DNA from: Candidatus Hydrogenedentota bacterium
Lineage (GTDB): Bacteria; Hydrogenedentota; Hydrogenedentia; Hydrogenedentales; SLHB01
Reading direction: 5' to 3'
DNA: 64,000 bases
NCBI GenBank assembly: GCA_045863295.1
Contig: BTWA01000010.1
Coordinates: 122,716-186,715 of the forward strand
Notes under the pieces: model-generated
Told to the model about the DNA's origin: nothing
The model's database searches: none
Seen by the model: the letters and a program-made list of their open reading frames with translations, nothing else
Shown here: positions 48,401 through 56,988 of the stretch, in pieces
How positions within the stretch are numbered: the stretch's first letter is position 1
Layout of the letters: every line of letters begins with the position of its first letter
Position numbers and translations under genes: made by a program

Positions 48401-49999
48401 CTTGCGGCGATCGAGGGATCGGAATCCGCAACGCGCAAGGCCGTGTTGTTGGCCCTGTCGCGCAGCCCGGAGGCCTTGAAACATGCGCCCATCCGCGACG
48501 CTATCAGCGCGCTTACCGATCGAGTGATTGCAGACGAAGAACACACGGCGGATTTGCTCCCCTTTGTACAGACCGATTTGCTGGATGAACTGCAGGCGCT
48601 CGACATGATCGACCTGGCGTGGTCCGCGCTGGAAGGCGCATCCGCGTCCGATCGCATTCCGGTGGTCGAAGTGCTCGCGAAACGTTCGTGGCAGAATGAA
48701 GAAGGCGAAGACGACGGACTGGCCATGCCGCGCAAGGCCGTGCGCGTCCTGCAGAAGGCAGCGACCGATCCCGAGGTTGCGGTGCGGGAAAAAGTGTTTG
48801 AACTGCTTCCCGCGATGGAATCCCTGCGAAAGAGCAAGCGGGCCACGCCGGTGCTCTTCGCCGGATTGTCGGACGAAAGCCCGACCATCCGGCTCAAAGC
48901 GCTGCAACTTGCACGCGAGAACGACGCGCTTTGGGAAAACAAGGATGTGCACGAGTATGTATTGCCCCTGTTGATTGACGCGGATGCGAAGACCCGCAAG
49001 TCTGCGTTGGAAGCGGTTGCCGAGAGAAGTCTTGTCGCGGCCGAGCCGAGGTACGCGGCCCGTGTCAAGGCCGTTGTCGACGGCGACGCCGAGTTGAAAG
49101 ATGCGGCAGCGGCACTTTTGAATGCCGCCGCACTCGATCCCCAATCGGTGCAGGCCGACGCTCAAATCGCAGCCGTGTATCAACCCGATATCCTGTTTTT
49201 CCGGGATCATGTGAACCGGTATTTGTACGAGCCGAGCGCCGACAAGAACTCCTGTGCGAACTGCCATGCCACGCATACCATCCTGGGGCTCGCGGAGGCT
49301 CCCAAGGAAGGCCAGACGTTGACCGACAGCCAGATAATCGCCAACTACCGATCCATGCTGAAAGTGGTCAATGTGTCCGACCCCGAGCAGAGCCTCATTT
49401 TGCGCAAGCCGCGCAGCCCGTTTGGCACAGGTAACGTCGCCGCCGACAGCCCCACCGGCATCACGCACGTCGGTGGCATCCGGTGGGAAGAAGGGGCGGC
49501 AAGCGAAGCCTATCAGGCGGTGCTTGCGTTTGTACGCACCGCGCAACAAAGACGCGATCCCGTCAAAATGACAGCCACCGTGGACAGTTATTCACCCGAG
49601 TATCCTCCGGCATACGCTGTTGACGGAAACCCCGCCACGATTTGGCACACGGAGTTCGTCGGGGCCTCGCCCGGCTACCCGCACGAGTTGGTCGTTGCGC
49701 TGGAATCGCCGCAGGGGGTTGCGGCAGTCACCTACCACCCCCGTACTGATGGCGATTCCGGCCGTGTGAAAGCATTTGAAATCTTCGTCAGCGCTGACGG
49801 TGAGAATTGGGGAGAGCCCGTCGCCACAGGCGAGTGGGCTAATGACGCCACCCCTAAAACCGCGTTTGTGCCTCCGGCCGAGGTTCGCTATGTGAAGCTG
49901 CGAGGTCTGAGCGAAGTGAAAGGCCAGCCATACATGAGTGTCGCGGAACTGGAACTACACTTCGCCAAGAGTCTGCCTCGGCAGGTCTCCGGCCTATAA
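45428..49999 (+). CDS. Large exported multidomain protein (1523 aa): PPC-like, CxxCH with prenyltransferase-like barrel, HEAT repeats, cytochrome c-like domain, F5/8 type C
   Basis: Signal peptide, EAEPND...GVYYLEV, CTACH, QNEDGSW/QHDFGGW, D..VR..A repeats, CANCH...SLILRKP...HVGG, and AVDGNPATIWHT...RYVKL...SVAEL. Confidence 0.8.
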   Translation: MHSFRLYSMILGTGLIVGYAFAQESLSANVPAIAALSPGGVAQFQTPALSSNTTYAINLGMVTGGLTQGEDVMVRIELPGSNPIEKRLHAGDPSMYLPLRSQLDASAVTVSATRSAAGPERPIVLQTQWVQLAIPEEAARFEAEPNDTPDLANPLHIGVTVEGSVDDVEYLDNQQEGKNGLDWFRIEIDEACLVLFEMVIPDRDVSVNMRAYTKNESGEVVPYEKGKDPMEIVHDREKERYSKSISRVFEPGVYYLEVNANHPRYLIRTHKYPVPPYTDPTLAVEVGLRYVMDVGDAWFAQIPREGNIYQRAANMHETAMRCTACHPSVFSTEPNLVAHRNGYPIPSKQNFRYVIERIYNSMAPFYGPGDMYWQRFIAIPLQSQGKQGGLLIDFEKQISGRETPIVDRFGPMLRTAWIDRDVLPEDEANGVVPADSAFGFAWRDWRVLQEVYRRTGDTSYLAAADNIEKIFTAKETETLIDNVQDRVHFALGLSYMGREYYRERIQQEVDALFAMQNEDGSWHEEGKTGSAGAVYTTGQLLYSFMEMGLRPESDPRIERGLQWLLAQQHDFGGWYQTTTHENFRTPMRETRYALMALSSGYPKGAPLRGLGNLNDGPAELPAPEATPAQIVDRFENIQEVPGARQAEVAAAAIPYLARPEAPVRAAAAALLGRIGREESVEPLHALLTDPSKPAWREAAWALRQLGNRGYGVEKLKTALMSPDVLVRRGASRVFAYQFQEMDGRLDIARAFIPLTGDPDLLTRLQAIRTLRQWWYRSDDTALRTEIVSTLIDRMGMPNEFPIVRTNLAQNMYILLDENQTGGVSIQRNIRDFPKETQDAVLAGRAWVEENLLLKPVLNAIATGNDLQREALLESFDGSFFKGRFYARVPRNMIDVGNDREFSFLYQPDADLLARSIGNTVKTETRAKQRQRGIQLASFFEMPQHTADTALQLTLLDNMTAEEPELREAAYTAVSRDWVVSNPNDETIAARLLAAIEGSESATRKAVLLALSRSPEALKHAPIRDAISALTDRVIADEEHTADLLPFVQTDLLDELQALDMIDLAWSALEGASASDRIPVVEVLAKRSWQNEEGEDDGLAMPRKAVRVLQKAATDPEVAVREKVFELLPAMESLRKSKRATPVLFAGLSDESPTIRLKALQLARENDALWENKDVHEYVLPLLIDADAKTRKSALEAVAERSLVAAEPRYAARVKAVVDGDAELKDAAAALLNAAALDPQSVQADAQIAAVYQPDILFFRDHVNRYLYEPSADKNSCANCHATHTILGLAEAPKEGQTLTDSQIIANYRSMLKVVNVSDPEQSLILRKPRSPFGTGNVAADSPTGITHVGGIRWEEGAASEAYQAVLAFVRTAQQRRDPVKMTATVDSYSPEYPPAYAVDGNPATIWHTEFVGASPGYPHELVVALESPQGVAAVTYHPRTDGDSGRVKAFEIFVSADGENWGEPVATGEWANDATPKTAFVPPAEVRYVKLRGLSEVKGQPYMSVAELELHFAKSLPRQVSGL

Positions 50000-52900
50000 G
50001 CGCGATTCAAACCGGTAACGTCCTGGCAGCGCCTCGTACACCGCAAAACCGGCTGCTCCATTCGGAGAGACAGCCAGACCCTCGGCTTGAGCCGCGAGGC
50101 CCGAACCTTCGCGTACGCCAACTGCATCGGAAGAAGGCACGTGAATTGTTGCCGTGGTATTCGGCGGCACGACAATATCCCAGTGGAAGACTCCGTCCGT
50201 TTTGCGCCAGCGGCTTTCGATGCGTCCGTGTATCGAGTCGTAGGCCGCATTCACAAAAGTAAGGTCGCGGGGCACATCCGGCCTGAGGGTGAAATGCTTA
50301 TACCCTGGACTGTCTGGATCTGATTGTATGCCTGCCAGGTGCTCGTAAAGCCAAACGATAAGATCTCCGAGCAGCATCACGTGATTGTGCGAATTCATAC
50401 CGGGATCCGCGGTATCGCCATTCCAAAGTTCCCAAATGGTCGTGGCGCCTTTTTCAATCATGTAACCCCAACTCGGGTAGTCGGTCTGCGTGGCCATGGT
50501 GAAGCCAACATCGACCGCGCCATGATTCGACAGCGTGCGCATGAGCCATTGTCCGCCGATGAGTCCCGTGCCAATGTGACCCTTGCTCTCGCCCTGGATC
50601 TTGTCAGTCAGATGCTTGAAGACGGCCGTCCGGCTTTCTTCGGGGACCAGTCCGAACGCCAACGGCAGCACGCACGAGGTCTGCGTCCCATTGTCGTACT
50701 GGCCCAAATCGGTTTTCAGATATGTTGTGTTGAACGCGGCTTTCATGCGATCGGCCACACCGTTGAATTGGGCGGCGTCGTCGTTCAGGCCCAGTACTGT
50801 CGCGTATCCCGCCATCAGCCGCAAATCGTGATAGAAGTAGGCAGCGCCAATGAGTTCGCCGTTGGTCTTCCGGTTCGGATCCTTGCTGTGGATCAGCTCT
50901 TGCGATTCCGGCGGCACGCACCAGTCGCCATACTGATCGCGCGGCATGAGATCGTCTTTGATAAACGTGCTCATATAGTCGATCCAATGCTTCATGGCGG
51001 CGTAATGCCTCGCAAGCACTTCCTTGTCTGCGTATTTTTCATAGAGCATGCCTGGAATGATGATGAAGCTGCTCGGCCACGTCACATTGTCCGTGTAGAA
51101 TGGGTAATAGGATGGGGCCACATCGGGTATGCTGCCGGTGTCGCGTTGGGCGTCTTCCATGTCCTGTAGCCACTTGGCATAGAAAAGCGAGACATCATAC
51201 AAGAAGGATTCGCCGCGCGATTCCTCCGATCGATCCCCCAACCAACCTTGTTTTTCGTCCCGTTGCGGACAGTCCGTCGGAATGCTCCGGTAGTTGCCTC
51301 GAATGCCCCACACCGCGTTCCGGTAAACACGATTGATTGTTTCGTTTGAGCAGGTAAATTGGCCCGCCGGAGTCAGCCGATCATGCACGACCTTGCCTTC
51401 AATGGCCGATAAATCCGGCTCGCCGGGAAAGCCGCGAACCTCCACATATCGAAATCCTTGGTATGTGAAACGCGGTTCGTAGATCTCCTCGCCCTGTCCC
51501 TTGAGGATGTACGTGCAAGTGCACTTCGCTGTGCGCAGGTTGTCCATGTAAAGCGCACCGTCATGGAGGGTCTCCGCATGGCGCAAGGTAACCTTGGTCC
51601 CAGCCGGGCCGGACACACGCAGTTTGCTCCATCCCACGATGTTTTGTCCCATATCGTAAATCCACACCCCGGGCGCCGATTGAACCACACTCACCGGTTT
51701 CAGCGTTTCGATTACCTGGATCGGTTCGATTGTCTGTGCGGATAGCTCATGAGAAGCCGTGTCAACGATCGGCGCGTTTTGCCACGCTGAATCATCGAAC
51801 CCGGTGTCGCTCCATCCCGGCATTTCCATTCGCGCATCGTAGTCTTCTCCGTCGTATTCGTTGTTGGCGCGTATGGGCCCGTCGGTAGTGAGTTTCCACG
51901 AATCATCGGTCGAAATCATTTCGGTGGTGCCGTCATCGTATTCAAGCCGCAATTGGAGAATGGCTTTGGGATAGCCGTAGCTCGCCATGCCCACAAAGGA
52001 ACTCCCGCGCGGCGCGAAGTAACGGCCATTCCCCAGCCATAGGCCAATGACGTTTTCACCCGTACGCACCTGCGACGCAACCTCGTAGGCCGTGTAATAG
52101 GCGCGCTTGGTGTATTCACTCAGCGCGGGCGACAAGACATCGTCGCTGATTCGGGTTCCGTTCACATACAACTCGGACAAGCCCAGGCCGGATACGTATG
52201 CCGTGGCGCGGCGAAGTGGCCTGTCCGCGCGAAACGCCTTGCGCACCATGCGCGCGGGCAGACGGCGTTCGCTGGGCACGCTCACATGACCCCACGGGGC
52301 GAGTCCAAATGCGCCCAGATCCATCGCATGTACCCAAGCCGAAAGGTCCGTATCGGTTGCGGTCCAGTCCGTTTGATCCGTCTCCGTGGCCAGCCACGAC
52401 GAATCCGTCGTCAGGTGTATCGCGCTCCCGTCCGTGAATCGTATATCCACTGCGCCGATGAGTCCGGCGGGATTGGGTTCCTTGCCGCTGTTATAGGCAG
52501 TCACCCCGATGACGTTTGCGCCGGCCCGCACGTGGTCGATTATGTCGAACTCGCCCGCCAACTGATAGCTGTCGCTGCGGCCCGCCCGATTGCCGTTTAC
52601 ATATAGCGCGAGACCATTGTCCGCGGCCATGGTCACCGTCGCGGACTCCAACGTCTTGCCTTCGATCATATCAAACGACTGACGAAAGAAACGGGCGCCC
52701 AGCGGAGCGCCCGCCGCGGGGTTGCCTTCCGGAAACCAGATCCAGTGAGCGTCGGTCAGCGCGTTTTCGGAAGAACCACTATCAAGTCCGATCCACTTTG
52801 CCTGCCAGTCTTTGGGATTCAGCAGTCCCATGCTCCACTGGCCTACTTCGCTCCACGCACTTGGTCGATTCTGATCGTCCCAAATCCGGATCGACCAGTA

Positions 52901-53224
52901 GCAACGATCGTGCGAATCGAGCGGCGTTCCTGCGTAGGCCACGTGAATGGATACACCGGAATCGACTCGTCCGGAATTCCATCGATCCGCCCGATCTTCC
53001 TTCAAAAGGGCTGGATCGCTGGCCACCAATACCTGATAGGCCGATTGTTTTGCTCCGCGCCGTGTCGAGGCCAACTGCCAACTCAGCCCCGGATGGGGCC
53101 GATCAATTCCAATCGGGTTTGTTCGCAATTCACAACGAAGGTTTTGAAGCGCTACATCGCTCTGCGATGCCTCCGCTCCGGTAAGTACAGCGATTGCGAC
53201 GACGAGGACGGATCCCAAACCCAT
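49994..53224 (-). CDS. Alpha-L-rhamnosidase (GH78), secreted
   Basis: IPTDCPQRDEKQGWLGD, YGDW, GATTIWELW and SHNH. 6-bp tail-to-tail overlap with the previous gene. Confidence 0.93.
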   Translation of the reverse strand: MGLGSVLVVAIAVLTGAEASQSDVALQNLRCELRTNPIGIDRPHPGLSWQLASTRRGAKQSAYQVLVASDPALLKEDRADRWNSGRVDSGVSIHVAYAGTPLDSHDRCYWSIRIWDDQNRPSAWSEVGQWSMGLLNPKDWQAKWIGLDSGSSENALTDAHWIWFPEGNPAAGAPLGARFFRQSFDMIEGKTLESATVTMAADNGLALYVNGNRAGRSDSYQLAGEFDIIDHVRAGANVIGVTAYNSGKEPNPAGLIGAVDIRFTDGSAIHLTTDSSWLATETDQTDWTATDTDLSAWVHAMDLGAFGLAPWGHVSVPSERRLPARMVRKAFRADRPLRRATAYVSGLGLSELYVNGTRISDDVLSPALSEYTKRAYYTAYEVASQVRTGENVIGLWLGNGRYFAPRGSSFVGMASYGYPKAILQLRLEYDDGTTEMISTDDSWKLTTDGPIRANNEYDGEDYDARMEMPGWSDTGFDDSAWQNAPIVDTASHELSAQTIEPIQVIETLKPVSVVQSAPGVWIYDMGQNIVGWSKLRVSGPAGTKVTLRHAETLHDGALYMDNLRTAKCTCTYILKGQGEEIYEPRFTYQGFRYVEVRGFPGEPDLSAIEGKVVHDRLTPAGQFTCSNETINRVYRNAVWGIRGNYRSIPTDCPQRDEKQGWLGDRSEESRGESFLYDVSLFYAKWLQDMEDAQRDTGSIPDVAPSYYPFYTDNVTWPSSFIIIPGMLYEKYADKEVLARHYAAMKHWIDYMSTFIKDDLMPRDQYGDWCVPPESQELIHSKDPNRKTNGELIGAAYFYHDLRLMAGYATVLGLNDDAAQFNGVADRMKAAFNTTYLKTDLGQYDNGTQTSCVLPLAFGLVPEESRTAVFKHLTDKIQGESKGHIGTGLIGGQWLMRTLSNHGAVDVGFTMATQTDYPSWGYMIEKGATTIWELWNGDTADPGMNSHNHVMLLGDLIVWLYEHLAGIQSDPDSPGYKHFTLRPDVPRDLTFVNAAYDSIHGRIESRWRKTDGVFHWDIVVPPNTTATIHVPSSDAVGVREGSGLAAQAEGLAVSPNGAAGFAVYEALPGRYRFESRL

Positions 53225-53484
53225 GGCCGGTTCCTTTCAGACGACGGGCCTATGCCTGCCGGGTGGTTGGCCTGTTTCGGGGGGATGGCATTCGACTGGG
53301 GGAACTGCACTATAGCATGCCGGGACCGGATCCCGCACGGCTCTGGACGGGCATTCACACCGGGTGTTAGGATGACATCCGGAAAATGTCTCGCATCCAT
53401 GAACCGGGCCGGGCCGACAGCCCTTGGCGTATGGCTTGCCTCCCAGCCTTCCGCCGATTGATGCCCGACGGGGAGGATACCGCT

Positions 53485-54993
53485 ATGAGTGCATACGCAC
53501 CTGTTAAACCCGCCCTGCGTCCGAGAATCGGGCTCTATTCAATTGGCCATCCGCACTACTGGGTTCAATTTGACGGATTGCTCGATCGATTGCTGGGCTA
53601 TGGAAAATTCATCGAAAGCCGCGTGTCGCAGTGGGGAGATGTCTCCAATTTCGGCATGGTCGACAGTGAGCTAAAGGGACATCAGGCGGGCGAGTATTTC
53701 AACCGGCAGAATGTCGATTTGATTCTGTGTCATGCCGCGACTTATGCCATGAGCGCGTTCGTATTGCCCGTGTCGCAGGTGTGCCCCAAGCCCGTGGTCG
53801 TGCTCAACCTCCAGCCCGCCGAACGCATGAACTACACCCGCACCACAACCGGTGAATGGCTCGCCCATTGCTGCGCATGCTGCGTGCCCGAGATCGCAAA
53901 TGCATTCACGCGCGGCGGCGTGGCCTTTCACGTTGTCAGCGGATTGCTCGGATTGGAAAAGACCCCTGGTATTTCCCTGGCCAACGAAGTCACCCATAGA
54001 CATGCGGACGCTATCGCCGCGTGGACGGAGATCGAGGAGTGGGTTCGCGCAGCTGGTGTCGTGCGCACGCTGCAATACGGGCGCGTGGGTTTCCTGGGCC
54101 ACACCTACCCCGGCATGCTCGACATGTACAGCGATTTCACCATGATCCAGGCCCAGACCGGGCTCCATGTCGAAATGCTGGAGATGTGCGATCTTCAGCG
54201 AATCCTGCCCAATGTTTCGGAGGACGAAAAGGCGGCAAAGCTCCGGGAGGTTCAGGACACCTTCATCATCAGTGAAGACTCGCCCGCCGATCCGCTGGCA
54301 AAGAAGCCCTCTCAGGAACAACTGGACTGGTCATGTACCGTTGCCGCCGCACAGGAACGCCTCGTGCGCGAGCATGACCTCGATGCGCTCGTCTATTACT
54401 ATCGCGGATCGCCCGGCAACGAATACGAGAAGTTGCAGGAGGCGTTCATTCTCGGTCATTCGTTGCTCACTGCGCGCGGCATACCGTGCTCCGGTGAAGG
54501 CGATACCAAGACGGCTGTGGCCATGAAGATCTGCGATGTGCTCGATGTGGGCGGCAGCTACAGCGAAATCGTGGCCACCGATTTCGCCGATCAAACCATC
54601 CTGATGGGTCACGACGGTCCCTTTCACATCGCCATTTCCGATCAACGCCCGATTCTTCGCGGCATGGGCCTGTACCACGGTAAGTGGGGATCGGGAGTCT
54701 CGGTCGAGGCCAAAGTGCGGACCGGCCCCGTTACCACCATGGGCATCACACAAACCCGGGACGGCCGTCTCAAAATGATTGTGAACCAAGGCGAAGCCAC
54801 CCAAGGAGAGATTCTGCGCATCGGCAATACCATGACACCAATCCGGTTTGCGGTGAAACCCCGCGAATTCATGGACGCCTGGTTTGCGTTGGGTCCCACA
54901 CACCACTGCGCCATGTCCATAGGCCATAACGCGGGGCAATTCCAAAAAGTGGCCACGCTCCTGGATTGGCCATTTGAAACGGTGTCGCTATGA
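53485..54993 (+). CDS. L-fucose/L-arabinose isomerase family protein
   Basis: YPGMLD, SGEGD, ATD, GHDGP, GNT and GPTHH. GGAGGA SD before ATG 53485. Confidence 0.85.
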   Translation: MSAYAPVKPALRPRIGLYSIGHPHYWVQFDGLLDRLLGYGKFIESRVSQWGDVSNFGMVDSELKGHQAGEYFNRQNVDLILCHAATYAMSAFVLPVSQVCPKPVVVLNLQPAERMNYTRTTTGEWLAHCCACCVPEIANAFTRGGVAFHVVSGLLGLEKTPGISLANEVTHRHADAIAAWTEIEEWVRAAGVVRTLQYGRVGFLGHTYPGMLDMYSDFTMIQAQTGLHVEMLEMCDLQRILPNVSEDEKAAKLREVQDTFIISEDSPADPLAKKPSQEQLDWSCTVAAAQERLVREHDLDALVYYYRGSPGNEYEKLQEAFILGHSLLTARGIPCSGEGDTKTAVAMKICDVLDVGGSYSEIVATDFADQTILMGHDGPFHIAISDQRPILRGMGLYHGKWGSGVSVEAKVRTGPVTTMGITQTRDGRLKMIVNQGEATQGEILRIGNTMTPIRFAVKPREFMDAWFALGPTHHCAMSIGHNAGQFQKVATLLDWPFETVSL

Positions 54994-55049
54994 ATCACTC
55001 GGCCACGTGCGCCCGCAAGTCCGCGCGCTCGCATAAAGGACGCTAGACA

Positions 55050-56099
55050 ATGGAACCCAACCCATTTCTCGGAGTTGGCCTCCACGCCGCGGGCGGTTTC
55101 GCCGCTGGCAGCTTCTACATTCCCTACAAGCGAGTGCGGCAATGGTCCTGGGAAAGCTATTGGCTGGTCGGCGGAATTTTCAGTTGGATCATTGCGCCGT
55201 GGGTCGTAGCGTTCGCCATCGTGCCCGATGTAATACACGTGCTCACACATGCGCCAAGGTCGAGCCTCGCCCTGACCTATCTTTTCGGTGTTCTGTGGGG
55301 AATCGGCGGGCTCACCTTCGGCCTGTCCATGCGCTACCTCGGCATGTCGCTCGGCTACGCACTCGCGTTGGGATTCTGCGCCGCCTTTGGTACGCTCATG
55401 CCGCCCGTGTTTCAAGGCAAAGTGGCCTCGCTTCTCGGTTCGGCATCGGGTTGGGTTGTGCTCGCGGGCGTCGCGGTCTGCATGTTCGGCATCGCCATCT
55501 GCGGCAAGGCAGGTGTACTGAAAGAGCGCGAAGTGCCCGGCGAAACAAAAACCAAGACCATCGCGGAATTTAATTTCGCCAGAGGCGTGTGGGTGGCCAT
55601 CTTTGCCGGTGTCATGAGCGCGTGCATGGCCTTCGCCATCGCAGCCGGCAAACCCATCGCGGACCTCGCCGTGGAAACCGGCACGTCGGCCATCTGGCAA
55701 AACACCCCGGTGTTCATCGTGGTGATGGCCGGCGGATTCACCACCAATTGCATCTGGTGCGTCTACCTGAATTGGGCCAACCAATCCTCGCGCGACTATG
55801 TCAACCTGTCCACGCCACTAATCGCCAATTACCTCTATTCAGCCCTTGGCGGCATCACCTGGTACCTGCAGTTCCTTTTCTACGGCATGGGCACAACCCA
55901 AATGGGCCGCTTCGACTTCTCCAGTTGGACCCTCCACATGGCCTTCATCATCCTCTTCAGCAACCTGTGGGGTTTGTACTTCAAGGAATGGGAAGGTTCC
56001 AGCAAGCGCACGATACGATGGATGATAGGCGGACTCGCGGTGCTGCTGGTTTCAATCGTCGTCGTCGGCTGGGGAAACACATTGGCGGCCGCGAAGTGA
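55050..56099 (+). CDS. rhaT: L-rhamnose:H+ symporter
   Basis: GSFYIP, WSWESYW, WGIGGLTFGLSMRYLGMSLG, WYLQF and SSWTLHM...EW. Confidence 0.93.
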   Translation: MEPNPFLGVGLHAAGGFAAGSFYIPYKRVRQWSWESYWLVGGIFSWIIAPWVVAFAIVPDVIHVLTHAPRSSLALTYLFGVLWGIGGLTFGLSMRYLGMSLGYALALGFCAAFGTLMPPVFQGKVASLLGSASGWVVLAGVAVCMFGIAICGKAGVLKEREVPGETKTKTIAEFNFARGVWVAIFAGVMSACMAFAIAAGKPIADLAVETGTSAIWQNTPVFIVVMAGGFTTNCIWCVYLNWANQSSRDYVNLSTPLIANYLYSALGGITWYLQFLFYGMGTTQMGRFDFSSWTLHMAFIILFSNLWGLYFKEWEGSSKRTIRWMIGGLAVLLVSIVVVGWGNTLAAAK

Positions 56100-56146
56100 A
56101 AACAAACATAACGATAGTGCCGCGGTATCGACCGAAACAGGGAAAA

Positions 56147-56222
56147 TGGTGGGCCTGGTAGGATTCGAACCTACGGCCAAGTGATTATGAGTCACCTGCT
56201 CTAACCGCTGAGCTACAGGCCC
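56147..56222 (-). tRNA. tRNA-Ile2 (CAU anticodon, lysidine type), CCA encoded
   Basis: GGGCCTGTAGCTCAGCGGTTAGAGCAGGTGACTCATAATCACTTGGCCGTAGGTTCGAATCCTACCAGGCCCACCA. The body resembles E. coli ileX rather than Met tRNAs. Confidence 0.92.
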
Positions 56223-56337
56223 ACAAAGGGATTCGGCTGAACGAGAATATTCGGCCGAAAAGGTAAGCAAATTATAGGATGTTAGCGCCTAAACAATCTA
56301 GTTAGCCGGGCACCGTACCGGGCAACCTGTCGCCCCT

Positions 56338-56934
56338 TCACTCCGCTTTCTTTTCCTCGGGCATCGGCTGCTCTTCCAAAATCTTCTCGACGATGTCATC
56401 CACGTAATCCGGTTTGATGCCAATCGCGCGCACAATGCCTTCGCGATCCACCACGGCAAACGTGGGCCAGAATCCTACGTTCCACGCCGACGCGGATTTC
56501 TTCTCCACGTCCTTGGCGGTGCTGTACTTGATTGCCTTTTCCTTGGCGACGGTTTCCATGTTCTCCGCGCCATCGGAACAGCAAATCGCAAGAACCTCCA
56601 CGCCCTTGTCCTTGTACTCGGCCATGATCTCATTCGTGTGCGGAATCGCCGCAATGCAGGGACCGCACCACGTGGCCCAGAAATCGACCACGACAATCTT
56701 GCCTTTGAGGTCATCGGCCTTTTTTTCGGCGTTGGTCCACTCCGCCAATTCCCACTTCGGCATGGGCTTTCCAATCATCGCATCACGCTCGGTCTGCAAA
56801 TGATCGGTCGTCCAGAACCAATCCTCCGGGAAAGGCGCCGCCGTCTTCGCCTCGTCCTCGGCACGAACCCCAAAAGCGGACAACACGGCCACGGTCAAGC
56901 AGACCCACAGAGCCCTGGCGATTCCAGCATTCAT
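56338..56934 (-). CDS. TlpA-like thiol-disulfide oxidoreductase, exported
   Basis: Signal peptide, LKGKIVVVDFWATWCGPC and WPTFAVVDREG. Confidence 0.9.
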   Translation of the reverse strand: MNAGIARALWVCLTVAVLSAFGVRAEDEAKTAAPFPEDWFWTTDHLQTERDAMIGKPMPKWELAEWTNAEKKADDLKGKIVVVDFWATWCGPCIAAIPHTNEIMAEYKDKGVEVLAICCSDGAENMETVAKEKAIKYSTAKDVEKKSASAWNVGFWPTFAVVDREGIVRAIGIKPDYVDDIVEKILEEQPMPEEKKAE

Positions 56935-56988
56935 GGCATTCTCTCCCGAGTTAGCGCGAAGCGGTCCATCGTACACAAGAAACCCGTG

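Noticed and set aside
47054..49549. 831-aa antisense ORF
   Set aside because: Codon-register shadow of the large + gene, with no recognisable domain.
45428..49999. Call as squalene-hopene cyclase
   Set aside because: Only QW-like motifs are present, there is no DxDD motif, and the protein is exported with unrelated domains.
56147..56222. tRNA-Met, or tRNA as an island attachment site
   Set aside because: The body fits Ile2. No duplicated tRNA 3' end or integrase was found in the window.
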